Positions 1 to 8,733 are shown, numbered from the stretch's first letter. The stretch is DNA of 61,793 nucleotides from a bacterium (GCA_030690215.1 JAUYHD010000022.1:1-61793), one strand, 5' to 3'. The notes: generated by a model from the letters alone, not told the origin. Numbers and translations: made by a program.

Positions 1-136
1 AGTAAGTACTTAAAATCGCAAGGGATTTCGAACCTCCGTTTGGCCGCGCGCGAAGCGCGCGGAAACCCCATTTTGCCGTATGAGGCGGCGCAACGCGCCG
101 CCGAATTAGTCGGGGAAAAATCTGAAAGTTTGATAT

Positions 137-221
137 TGGTGCCGCCGGTCGGAGTCGAACCGACACGAGTTGCCTCACACGATTTTGAGTCGTGCGCGTC
201 TACCAGTTCCGCCACGGCGGC
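137..221 (-). tRNA. tRNA-Leu(CAA), type II with long variable arm, CCA encoded
   Basis: Minus strand reads GCCGCCG-TG-GCGG..CGC-G-CACGA-CTCAAAA-TCGTG-variable arm-GTCGG-TTCGACT-CCGAC-CGGCGGC-A-CCA. All stems pair by hand folding. Confidence 0.9.
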
Positions 222-227
222 ATTAAA

Positions 228-445
228 CGTACCCCACTTTTTGCTACGGGAAGTCGTGGTGAAATTGTATAAAATACAATTTCACCTACCGGTTCCGCCA
301 CTCCAGCATTTTGTACAGGAGGTCGTGGACAATGTATTTATCAAATACATTGTCCTACCATTTCACCACCTCGGCAAAATTGGTGGCGGGGTACATCTGC
401 CAGCTTGCCCCGAACACGGTCGAGGGGTTCCGCCACTCAGGCGAC
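228..445 (-). other. Three tandem tRNA-Leu-like 5' modules upstream of the intact tRNA-Leu, two with an AT-rich perfect hairpin replacing the D-arm 3' strand
   Basis: Minus strand has GCCGAGGTGGTGAAATGGTAG+hairpin(327-355)+CACGAC and GCTGGAGTGGCGGAACCGGTAG+hairpin(258-286)+CACGAC. A third unit, GAGTGGCGGAACCCC...CCCCGCCACCA, lies at 381-445. The intact gene reads GCCGCCGTGGCGGAACTGGTAGACGCGCACGAC. Confidence 0.6.
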
Positions 446-458
446 GTGTTGTGCTTTT

Positions 459-470
459 ATTGTATACCAA
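459..470 (-). promoter_or_regulatory. Extended -10 promoter (TGGTATACAAT) for the tRNA-Leu locus
   Basis: Reverse complement reads TTGGTATACAAT. The same TGGTAT-type motif precedes many units in this window. Confidence 0.45.
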
Positions 471-580
471 AAAAACATACAAAATCAAAACATTTGCACG
501 CTTGATGGGGGATGAATTTTTGCGTATACTGACTGCGGTTCTATATTTATACTTTTACAATATTTTTGAGAGGTGACGGA

Positions 581-1690
581 ATGCAGAGACTAACAGACGA
601 TACGGTGCGTAATCATCCGGATTTTGATAACCATATGATGGTTATTCATATTACTCGGGAGCGCTTCGGTTTGGAAGGAATAATCGCAATTCACGATACG
701 ACATTCGGAGACGCAACGGGCGGGACTCGCTTTTGGCCATACACATCCGTTTACGCCGCATTAAACGACGTGTTGCCGCTTTCACGCGATATGACATATA
801 AATCTGTCACTGCGAATGTGCCATGGGGCGGTGCAAAGTCGGTACTCATTGGGGACGCGGAGAAAGATAAAACGGAAGACATGGTTCGCGCGTACGCCTA
901 TTGTATCGAAAAGCTTCGCGGTCTTTTTAATACCGGGGAAGATATGGGGTTCCACGTACCTGATGTTGACATCATGGCAGAAATTACCAAGCATGTGTTC
1001 GGCCGTTCCGTAAAGGAGTATAAGGATGGCATCGTGGGAGGAGGCGATCCTTCGTTGAGCACAAAACACGGTGTTCTTTGCGGTATTCAGGTTGTTCTGG
1101 AGTTTTTATACGGAGATAAGAGTTTCAGAGGAAAGTCATTTTGCGTGCAAGGCGTTGGCGCTACCGGACTTCCTATCGCGAAAGCATTAAGCGAAGGCGG
1201 TGGGACGGTATTCATATCGGATATGAGCCAGCGGGCGATAGACAACGCGGTTAAAAATATAAACGCGCCAATCATCGTCGTGCCTCCAGGGATCGCGCAT
1301 AAAGTTTCCTGTGATGTGTTCGTGCCATGTGCCGGTGGGCGCGTTATAAATGAAAAAACGGTTGATGAATTTGATTGTCGAGCAATCGCGGGTTCCGCAA
1401 ATTGTATATTTACCAAATCAACCGCGCCATCCGCTGATTATTTGCATGCGATACGAAATATTCTTGTCGCGCCCGCGTATGTTATTAACGGCGGCGGGCT
1501 TATCCATATTTATCATGAGAAGATTGGATTTAATGCCGCAGCGGTACGGCGGGATGTTGAAAAAATAAGAGACCGCTTGATCCACATCTTTAAAGAAAGC
1601 GCATTACTCGGAAAGCCCCCGTACAAGATATCGGATGAGATAGTAGAGCGTAAGCTCCACGAAGAAGAAAGCAGACACATGAAACTGTAA
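581..1690 (+). CDS. Leu/Phe/Val dehydrogenase (Glu/Leu/Phe/Val dehydrogenase superfamily)
   Basis: IAIHDTT..GGTR, the catalytic-lysine region GGAKSVLIGD and the Rossmann motif VQGVGATG are collinear with leucine dehydrogenases as I recall them. GAGAGG RBS before ATG 581; the track start at 566 is a TTG. Confidence 0.85.
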   Translation: MQRLTDDTVRNHPDFDNHMMVIHITRERFGLEGIIAIHDTTFGDATGGTRFWPYTSVYAALNDVLPLSRDMTYKSVTANVPWGGAKSVLIGDAEKDKTEDMVRAYAYCIEKLRGLFNTGEDMGFHVPDVDIMAEITKHVFGRSVKEYKDGIVGGGDPSLSTKHGVLCGIQVVLEFLYGDKSFRGKSFCVQGVGATGLPIAKALSEGGGTVFISDMSQRAIDNAVKNINAPIIVVPPGIAHKVSCDVFVPCAGGRVINEKTVDEFDCRAIAGSANCIFTKSTAPSADYLHAIRNILVAPAYVINGGGLIHIYHEKIGFNAAAVRRDVEKIRDRLIHIFKESALLGKPPYKISDEIVERKLHEEESRHMKL

Positions 1691-1714
1691 ATAGATATTC
1701 ATGACAGCAGAAAG

Positions 1715-1737
1715 ACCTCCTTCCAGGAGGTTTTTTA
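1715..1737 (+). terminator. Intrinsic terminator
   Basis: ACCTCCT-TCC-AGGAGGT followed by a T run. Confidence 0.7.
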
Positions 1738-1912
1738 TTATCTGCCCGCACTACTGCGCGGTTTGCAGATAATAAACCCAGCACATAACTTTTAGGATAT
1801 TACCTTATTGCTTTGATAACCATGGAACATACGCACAAGATTTCAGTATGAGTCTCTATATTTGAGTTATGTGCTGGGTGGAATAACCGCACAACCGCAA
1901 TCAGCGCGGATA

Positions 1913-1962
1913 CCGCACTACTTGCTCGCCTCGCCTTCGCTTCGGCGAAGCGGGTGGTGCGG
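1913..1962 (+). repeat. GC-rich structured repeat, copy A (CTCGCCTCGC...AGCGGG core closed by CCGCAC/GTGCGG)
   Basis: Shares its core with copies at 6493-6542 (minus), 22626-22660 and 34766-34831. The closing stems differ but stay complementary. Confidence 0.6.
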
Positions 1963-2088
1963 TTATTCATTTGTTTTTTGAGTGAAAGGAAAATAGTCCG
2001 TGCCCTGTGCCGTGTCTTACATGGCCCGAAAAAAGATTGACCCCATTAGATAGGGCGTTGCAAAGCCCGCCCATTTCCTACGGCGCGG

Positions 2089-2116
2089 TTGACAAAGTCC
2101 CATTTTTCTGTATAAT
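2089..2116 (+). promoter_or_regulatory. Sigma70-type promoter TTGACA-N16-TATAAT
   Basis: Consensus hexamers at 2089-2094 and 2111-2116. Confidence 0.65.
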
Positions 2117-2265
2117 AGAGGGGATTATGAGCTCTTTGAAAGGAGGTGATTATAGCGAAGCAGAGGATGTAGACGCGTTGTTTGTATCGGTTGTATTGGT
2201 TTCTACACGCAACGGTTTGTGTATGCGTGTTCTTGCATAAAATTTTTTTTACAAGGAGGTGCCGC

Positions 2266-4647
2266 ATGGCACAAGAAAGCAAAGGATTTAATACGCCTTT
2301 CAAGAATACGTTGAAGGGCGTTACAGGAAGGGACGCATCCGAATCTGTCCCCGAGGTGCCCAAGGAAGAAACGCGTGAGGTAAAGAAACATTCTCCAGCC
2401 TCAACGCTTCCGGGCAAGAAGAGAACCATTTCTAAGAAAACAAGAAACAAAGAAATAGGATCTTCAGAGCAGGAGCAGAAAGTCGTACAGGCGTATGAGG
2501 AGAAGGAAGACTTCGCGTTGCTTGAGCTTTTCTCAAAGAGTTTTGATTCTAAAAAATCGCGCGAAGAATCAAGACAAGAGTTTGAAGAAGAGTGCAAGAA
2601 GGCGGATATGTCTGTCGCGGCCCGCGTGTCGTTGTATATCAAGATGTTTGACGTCGCCGAGCAGATGAAGAAGAAGATTGAAGAAACCGAAAATATCGGA
2701 CAGCTAGATCCGAAGTATCAGTCTCTTATTCAGGAAGATCTTTCGAGGCTTCCTGAATTCAGAAGCAGGCTTGAGCAGGCGGAGAAAGCAAAAGAGTACG
2801 CAAGAACTCACCCATATCTTAAGGAGGAAGTTCAAGCACGACTTCTCTTCCATGAAAAAACGGCACGCATCGTATCCGATCTCGCTGGAGCAAAAGGGCT
2901 TGGCAGGCGGGCATACGAAGATTCGCTTATAGGTGTCATGGAGAAGTTCGCGGGTGTGCGCGAAGGCGGAAGCCAGCTTACTGCGTTTCCGGCGCATAAC
3001 GATGACGCTCTTATGATTAGGATCGGAGGGAAAAAGTATATTCCTTCCGGTTTTACCCAAGAGGACAAGGTGCTGTCTGAATTATGGAATAAGCTTCATG
3101 CGTATTACCGGTCCATCATCTCAATGCGCGTTGGAGAACTTATGCCGGAATTCGAAAGAATAAAGGCGTATTTCTTTGAGTGTGACGAGAATAAGGACGC
3201 CGTGTATCTAGTCGGTTCAAAGGACGCTCCAGACGAGGTTGATTTCGTGCCGGCCAAGGCGTTTATTACGCCGCGAGAGTTTGCTGAAATGATGGTTGGC
3301 GACAGGCCTCTTTCTGGCGATGGATATGTTGCCGTCCTTCTGGATATTGTCGCGGAGCGGCACATGCAGGGTGGCAAAAAAGAAGAATTCCATTACGGGA
3401 AAATGCTCGTCATTGCCGATCGTGTTGCGGACGGTAAGATGGAAACCATTGTGCAGGGTGTTATGAAGCACGATGATGACTATTATTTTAAGCAGGACAT
3501 TATCGCCGCAGAAAAGATTTACGCACGAAAACGCAAGGACGGCAGCAGGTTTGTGTATGAGTGGGATACTGATATGCCTACATACACCATAACCCCGAAT
3601 GGCGATCTGAGCGTTATTTCGCACCGTGTAGTTCGCAGCTCCTTTGAGCATGTGATAGCGGGCTACGAGCGGGAAAAAACGCAAGTAGCGAAAGAAAAAG
3701 CACGGAAACAAAGGACGAAAGCTTTCTATGAAAAGCTTGAAGCGTTTTCCAGTCTTGGGGATGTCGAGCAGCCGATTCCTTTCGCGGAGCTCTTGAGAGG
3801 GACTCCCGGTACATGGGTTTTTGACAGACCCAACTGGGAAGGAAAGCGGGTTCGCGGCTATCTCCACATACGTGAAGGGCGTGTTGCGGTATACGAATCT
3901 GTATCCGGTACGAATTATGATGATAGGGAAAAACTTAGCATTACGTTTTTCTCATCACCGGGCAAGGAAATGCCTCTCGGCGGCCTTCTCTCAAACTCGG
4001 GATTTAAGGCATTCGCACGGGATAATCTTCTTGAGCAAAAACTTCAAAAGCTATTTCGCGAGAAGAAGTTTAATGTTCAGGATATTACAGTATTATTCCC
4101 TGACACTAACGCTCTTCCGTCCGAGAATGCTTCATTCTCCGTATTCGGTTTTGAATCGGGGAAAAAGGTTGAATACGTTTTTGTATACAACTCCCACGAG
4201 AAATCGATTCGGTGGGTAAAAGCAAACGATGCTTTTGCCTATCGCATGGCGGAGAGAGTGCTTGCAATGGAAAAAGGCAAAGGATATGACATATCCGATC
4301 TGCCTGTTCCTACGCGGTATTTTCTTAGGAAAGCATGGGTAAAGAGAACAGGAAGAGAGATCAACGAGGCGCCGATATATTTTCAGCCTCCCGGTCTTGC
4401 CGAGAAGATGATGATGTCTTCGGAGCAAGCCCCGGAAACGAGGACTGAAGAGACAGAAGAGATCCATACTGTTCCCGAGACAACGGTCCCCATTGTGACG
4501 GAGACGCCAGTCGTTTCAAGTCGTATTTCTAAGATACTTTCTGCTGCCGGAGTGTCTATTGAGAAAGCTCGCGAGATGTCAGACAACGAGCTTTTGGATA
4601 TAGAGGGCCTCGGCAAGAAAGCGCTTGAGGAAATACGGAAAACGTAA
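2266..4647 (+). CDS. Hypothetical large protein with K/E-rich N-terminus and C-terminal helix-hairpin-helix (RNAP alpha-CTD-like) motif
   Basis: AAGGAGG RBS before ATG 2266. Long ORF. C-terminus reads ..SDNELLDIEGLGKKALEEIRK. No other domain recognised. Confidence 0.6.
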   Translation: MAQESKGFNTPFKNTLKGVTGRDASESVPEVPKEETREVKKHSPASTLPGKKRTISKKTRNKEIGSSEQEQKVVQAYEEKEDFALLELFSKSFDSKKSREESRQEFEEECKKADMSVAARVSLYIKMFDVAEQMKKKIEETENIGQLDPKYQSLIQEDLSRLPEFRSRLEQAEKAKEYARTHPYLKEEVQARLLFHEKTARIVSDLAGAKGLGRRAYEDSLIGVMEKFAGVREGGSQLTAFPAHNDDALMIRIGGKKYIPSGFTQEDKVLSELWNKLHAYYRSIISMRVGELMPEFERIKAYFFECDENKDAVYLVGSKDAPDEVDFVPAKAFITPREFAEMMVGDRPLSGDGYVAVLLDIVAERHMQGGKKEEFHYGKMLVIADRVADGKMETIVQGVMKHDDDYYFKQDIIAAEKIYARKRKDGSRFVYEWDTDMPTYTITPNGDLSVISHRVVRSSFEHVIAGYEREKTQVAKEKARKQRTKAFYEKLEAFSSLGDVEQPIPFAELLRGTPGTWVFDRPNWEGKRVRGYLHIREGRVAVYESVSGTNYDDREKLSITFFSSPGKEMPLGGLLSNSGFKAFARDNLLEQKLQKLFREKKFNVQDITVLFPDTNALPSENASFSVFGFESGKKVEYVFVYNSHEKSIRWVKANDAFAYRMAERVLAMEKGKGYDISDLPVPTRYFLRKAWVKRTGREINEAPIYFQPPGLAEKMMMSSEQAPETRTEETEEIHTVPETTVPIVTETPVVSSRISKILSAAGVSIEKAREMSDNELLDIEGLGKKALEEIRKT

Positions 4648-4676
4648 TCACCATATCACCATCTTTTTTAAAAAAT

Positions 4677-4716
4677 GCCCCCGCGTTTCGGATGAAATGC
4701 GGGGGCTTTACTTTTT
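4677..4716 (+). terminator. Intrinsic terminator
   Basis: GCCCCCGC..GCGGGGGC stem followed by a T-rich tract. Confidence 0.7.
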
Positions 4717-4726
4717 AAAAAAATAA

Positions 4727-4735
4727 TGGTATAAT
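4727..4735 (+). promoter_or_regulatory. Extended -10 promoter TGGTATAAT
   Basis: Exact TGnTATAAT motif 67 nt upstream of the TTG start at 4802. Confidence 0.55.
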
Positions 4736-4801
4736 CGGGGAAATTCAAAAAACCCTACATCATCCAGCTGAAAGCGGGATGATCGGGCAAGGAGGTGTTC
4801 T

Positions 4802-6037
4802 TTGACAGAACTCAATAAAGATGAAAGCTTGTATGACGTAGATGTGGCGGGGAGAAAGATTTCTGGGGGTACTCACAACGGTCCTCATGGGGAAGAGATA
4901 TATTGTCTTATTCTGCTCTATCTTGCAGGGCGGTTGTTCAAGGGCATAGGGGCGTTTCTTGATGTATACGCGCCCGATAATACAATTTATTTTGGCGTGC
5001 GGAACGGTCCGTTTGACGAGCATCCTCCGTATGCAAATGAAGAAGAGCGTAAGAAAAAAGAAAATGCCTGCGCCTTAACGCTTTTTGCGGATGCGTTAAA
5101 GGAATTCGGTTTTGACGTTATGTCTCTGCCTGCTGTAAAAGCAACAGTAGAGCATCTTCTTGAGATGGATTCTCGCGCGAAAGCGCACGCGCTTGATATA
5201 ACGAATATCATAAAGGAGATGCATAGGTATTATAGAGACCATGCTATGGAGCCAAAAACCATTGCATGGGCGTTTAAAGGATTTTTGGCAAAACTTCATG
5301 AAGATCCGGATTCATCCGAAATAACAAACTTTAATATTGACTATATTGGACTGGGTCTTATGAAAGGGTTGCCCGAAGTTTTTCCCGAGCCGGACGCGGG
5401 ACAACAGTGGTATGCTCAAGGATTGGAGGCGCATACGTATTCTCACGAGACGCTGTATCAGGAAGCCAGGTGTGAATACAAACAAAAAGTCACAGTCACC
5501 ATGAAAGGGTGGGTAGATATTGAAGCATATTTTGAGAAACACGCGCCGGTAGAAGGATTTCGGATGATGCGAAAGGTGAAGCGACAACATATGGGCGATT
5601 TATTTGTACCGATTGTATTTATCCAGTCGAATAATGTGCTTGTCGGGCGGTACGCGCGCTCAAAAGAAGCGCGTAAACTAGGGATACACGCGGGAATTCT
5701 TATTCAAAGAAACTCAAGGGACCAATACTTCATCAATTTTGACAACAAGATTGAAGAGAATGGTTTCCAGCGGTTTCCCATTGAGGGAAGTCTTGTCGTT
5801 GCTCTGTTGCGGAATGAATACCGGAAAAAAGATGGGTTGAAGCAGTTGCAGATGGGGAATAAGCGATTATATGTAGTGGGTGAAAGCGCTGATGCTCCCG
5901 ACATGTTTTATTCCAAAAAAGACACGGAGAGTATTTTGAACGGCTCCGAGACGCGTCCACATGCCAAGCCGTTACCGTTTATGCCGCCAAAAGTGTTGCT
6001 TTGCGTTATTCGCGGCGTAAGAGAACAGCGACGCTAA
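4802..6037 (+). CDS. Hypothetical protein (orphan)
   Basis: AAGGAGG RBS 7 nt before TTG 4802. 411-aa ORF with no recognised domain. Shares an LYxVG..DAPD motif with the upstream protein. Confidence 0.55.
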   Translation: MTELNKDESLYDVDVAGRKISGGTHNGPHGEEIYCLILLYLAGRLFKGIGAFLDVYAPDNTIYFGVRNGPFDEHPPYANEEERKKKENACALTLFADALKEFGFDVMSLPAVKATVEHLLEMDSRAKAHALDITNIIKEMHRYYRDHAMEPKTIAWAFKGFLAKLHEDPDSSEITNFNIDYIGLGLMKGLPEVFPEPDAGQQWYAQGLEAHTYSHETLYQEARCEYKQKVTVTMKGWVDIEAYFEKHAPVEGFRMMRKVKRQHMGDLFVPIVFIQSNNVLVGRYARSKEARKLGIHAGILIQRNSRDQYFINFDNKIEENGFQRFPIEGSLVVALLRNEYRKKDGLKQLQMGNKRLYVVGESADAPDMFYSKKDTESILNGSETRPHAKPLPFMPPKVLLCVIRGVREQRR

Positions 6038-6057
6038 ACAAAATATATACACACAAG

Positions 6058-6089
6058 AGGGCCTTCGTTTTGATACGGGGCCCTTTTTA
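6058..6089 (+). terminator. Intrinsic terminator
   Basis: AGGGCC..GGCCCT stem followed by TTTTT. Confidence 0.6.
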
Positions 6090-6492
6090 TTTGATTTATT
6101 GTTCCGCAAGGAAACTTCCCGTATGCGTATACAACGCAAAAACTCCTACCGTACTATTAACGGTGGTGAAGCGTATGGACAACCATGCTGTTTTCTACAA
6201 ACGGGGTTTGACCCCGTAGAGCAATATCGCATGATGCATTCTTATACGTCATTTTACCCCGCACCAGAAAGCTCCGAGCATAAGCTCGAGGGATAAACCC
6301 CGTTAGAAGTCTTCGGCAGAAAAATTTGTACTCAAATTTTTCTTTTACGCACAAAGATGGATTTTCTCATAACACATAAACCAAACCCTCTTTATCCTTT
6401 GTGAGGATATGCCAAACTTCTAACGGGGTGAATGGTATAAAACGAGCTTTCGGTGCGGGATTTCGCGCAACGAAAGCTCAAAAGGGTTGACA

Positions 6493-6542
6493 CCCCGAGC
6501 GCCCGCTCCGACTCGCGTCGAGCGAGGCGAGCAAGCTCGGGG
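6493..6542 (-). repeat. GC-rich structured repeat, copy D (closed by CCCCGAGC/GCTCGGGG)
   Basis: Reverse complement reads CCCCGAGCTTGCTCGCCTCGCTCGACGCGAGTCGGAGCGGGCGCTCGGGG. Confidence 0.6.
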
Positions 6543-6646
6543 AGCGCTTCACAAAACAACGTTTTTGGAAAAGCAAGAAAACAAATCAATACGTGTGTAG
6601 TAAGCGGCGAACGCATGACGTATTATGCGATATTGCCTTACGGGGT

Positions 6647-6675
6647 TTGACCTCATTCGTTTTCTTCAGTATTAT
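6647..6675 (+). promoter_or_regulatory. Promoter TTGACC-N17-TATTAT for ftsH
   Basis: Hexamers at 6647-6652 and 6670-6675. The predicted transcription start falls at or next to ATG 6683. Confidence 0.55.
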
Positions 6676-6682
6676 GACAAAT

Positions 6683-8536
6683 ATGAAATTCTTCACAAAA
6701 AATGTTGCAATCGCAATTCTTATTTTTGTTTCGTTTGCTCTCGTGTGGTCGTTTTTTTCCAATGAACTGCGCGGAATTGAGCAGATAACTATTTCGCAAT
6801 TAGTGAACGATATCAACGCGGGTATCGTAGAAACAATTGTTGTAGAGGGGAATGAAGTGCGGGTAACGACTATTGATGGGACGGTAAAGCGCGCGAAAAA
6901 GGAATCTGATATTTCTCTTTTTGAGTCACTTACTAATTACGGCGTTTCTCCCGAACTGCTACGCCACATGTCCATTGAAATAAGCGAACCGTCAGGATTT
7001 TTATTCTGGGTAGGGGCGTTGCTCCCGTTTTTGATACCATTTCTTTTGATAATCGGATTTTTTTGGTTTGCGACACGCAATGTCCAGCGCTCCAATCTGC
7101 AAGCATTCAATTTTGGGCAGTCCCGCGCGCGCATCATCATGCCGGATGACAAAAAACAGCGCGTGACATTTGAAGATATCGCGGGGGTTGAGGAAGCAAA
7201 AGAGGAGCTCCGCGAAATAGTTGATTTTTTAAAAAATCCAACAAAGTTTACAAACATCGGCGCGCGGATTCCAAAAGGAGTGCTTTTAATGGGCGCCCCG
7301 GGAACCGGCAAAACGCTTCTTGCGCGCGCGGTTGCGGGGGAGGCGGCTGTCCCATTTTATTACTTGTCGGCTTCGGAGTTTGTTGAAATGTTCGTGGGAG
7401 TCGGCGCTTCGCGCGTACGCGATTTGTTTAAAATGGCGAAGCATTCAGCTCCTTCTATTATATTTGTTGATGAGATTGACGCGGTCGGGCGACACAGAGG
7501 AGCGGGTTTTGGCGGAGGGCATGACGAACGCGAACAGACATTAAACCAAATTCTTGTTGAACTAGACGGATTTGAACCTCACGAGTCAGTTATAGTAATG
7601 GCGGCAACTAACAGACCTGATGTTCTTGATCCTGCGCTTTTGCGTCCCGGGCGGTTTGATAGGCGCGTTGTTCTTGATTTGCCTGATATCAAAGATAGAG
7701 AGGCGATACTCAAAATTCATGCCCGAAATAAGAATTTGGAAAAAAGTGTTATTTTGCGGCGTGTTGCGGAACGCACTCCCGGATTTTCCGGCGCAGACCT
7801 GCAAAATCTCATTAATGAATCCGCCATTTTAGCTGCACGTAAAAATCGACGGCATATTACGCAGGAAGATATACTCAATTCTATTGAAAAAGTTCTTTTG
7901 GGTCCGGAACGAAAGGGCAGAATCATTTCTGAAGAAGAGAAAAAAATTACCGCCTATCATGAAGCAGGACACGCATTAATTGCCGCAGTATTGCCCGAAG
8001 CGGATCCGGTGCACAAAGTTACCATCATTTCGCGCGGGCGCGCGGGGGGCTACACCTTAAAGCTCCCGAGCCACGATAGGCGGCTTATCACAAAAACGCA
8101 TTTTGAAGGTGAGCTTGCGGTTGCTTTGGGCGGGTATGCCGCCGAGAAAATTGTATTTAAAGAATTAACGACTGGCGCATCAAACGATTTGCAGAACGCA
8201 ACCGATATTGCTCGCAGTCTTGTTACGCGGTATGGTATGTCTGATAAAGTGGGGCCGGTTGTGTTTGGGAACAGGGAAGAGTCAATATTTTTAGGAAAGG
8301 AGATGGGTATGCATGAGCGCGATTATTCCGAAGCGATTGCGAGCGTGATTGATAGCGAGGTTTCAAGTTTTATGAAGCGCGCGTTTAAACAGGCGCAGGT
8401 TATTATCACAAAATATCGCACTGTCTTGGATGCCATCGCGCACAAATTGATAGAGCAAGAATCTCTTGAACGAGAAGAATTCAATAAACTCATCAAGTCA
8501 TTTGGCATCAAACCAAAGCCGATTGTTTCCTCATAA
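6683..8536 (+). CDS. ftsH: ATP-dependent zinc metalloprotease FtsH
   Basis: N-terminal TM segments, Walker [12 protein letters not shown] second region of homology and the zinc motif HEAGHA. Start is uncertain (ATG 6674 or 6683); the track start at 6593 overlaps the promoter and repeats. Confidence 0.93.
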   Translation: MKFFTKNVAIAILIFVSFALVWSFFSNELRGIEQITISQLVNDINAGIVETIVVEGNEVRVTTIDGTVKRAKKESDISLFESLTNYGVSPELLRHMSIEISEPSGFLFWVGALLPFLIPFLLIIGFFWFATRNVQRSNLQAFNFGQSRARIIMPDDKKQRVTFEDIAGVEEAKEELREIVDFLKNPTKFTNIGARIPKGVLLMGAPGTGKTLLARAVAGEAAVPFYYLSASEFVEMFVGVGASRVRDLFKMAKHSAPSIIFVDEIDAVGRHRGAGFGGGHDEREQTLNQILVELDGFEPHESVIVMAATNRPDVLDPALLRPGRFDRRVVLDLPDIKDREAILKIHARNKNLEKSVILRRVAERTPGFSGADLQNLINESAILAARKNRRHITQEDILNSIEKVLLGPERKGRIISEEEKKITAYHEAGHALIAAVLPEADPVHKVTIISRGRAGGYTLKLPSHDRRLITKTHFEGELAVALGGYAAEKIVFKELTTGASNDLQNATDIARSLVTRYGMSDKVGPVVFGNREESIFLGKEMGMHERDYSEAIASVIDSEVSSFMKRAFKQAQVIITKYRTVLDAIAHKLIEQESLEREEFNKLIKSFGIKPKPIVSS

Positions 8537-8555
8537 CTATTTGAACGGGCGATAT

Positions 8556-8585
8556 GGGAGTGTAGCTCAATGGTAGAGCACAGAG
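8556..8585 (+). other. tRNA-Ile-like 5' half (acceptor 5' strand, D-arm, anticodon-stem 5' strand)
   Basis: GGGAGTGTAGCTCAATGGTAGAGCACAGAG differs from the intact gene at 8602 only in the acceptor strand. Confidence 0.7.
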
Positions 8586-8601
8586 TCCCGAAAATGAATA
8601 T

Positions 8602-8673
8602 GCGCCTGTAGCTCAATGGTAGAGCACAGAGCTTATACCTCTGCGGTTCTAGGTTCGACCCCTAGCAGGCGCA
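8602..8673 (+). tRNA. tRNA-Ile(UAU)
   Basis: GCGCCTG-TA-GCTC-AATGGTA-GAGC-A-CAGAG-CTTATAC-CTCTG-CGGTT-CTAGG-TTCGACC-CCTAG-CAGGCGC-A. Anticodon is TAT. No CCA encoded. Confidence 0.85.
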
Positions 8674-8733
8674 TATTCATTTTCGAGGATCCTCGATATT
8701 TCAATAATATTTTTTTGATAAAGTATATCGGGA

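Noticed and set aside
228-445. CRISPR array (regularly spaced similar units with hairpins)
   Set aside because: The units are tRNA-derived and of unequal length, and they lack identical direct repeats separated by unique spacers. No cas genes are present.
40-576. 178-aa ORF, and the nested 64-aa ORF at 311-505, on the plus strand
   Set aside because: It lies entirely over the minus-strand tRNA-Leu gene and its tRNA-like modules. Its sequence is dominated by translated hairpins and it has no RBS. Treated as spurious.
2007-2240. 77-aa ORF spanning the promoter of the 2266 gene
   Set aside because: Its first 40 codons overlap the -35 and -10 boxes. Only the distal 37-codon part is retained, as a low-confidence leaderless micro-ORF noted in the findings.
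6040-6680. tmRNA, SRP RNA or 6S RNA in the long ftsH upstream spacer
   Set aside because: I found no tRNA-like acceptor/T-arm with a tag ORF and no SRP domain IV motif. 6S RNA cannot be judged by eye. Left as an unassigned structured region rather than a named ncRNA.
6593-6682. N-terminal extensions given by the ORF track for ftsH. The same applies to 46663, 48707, 57020, 57174 (minus), 23040, 39848, 38314 and 17137
   Set aside because: The extensions run through promoters, terminators or repeats and lack an RBS. Internal Met codons with an RBS or an adjacent -10 box fit the family N-termini better.
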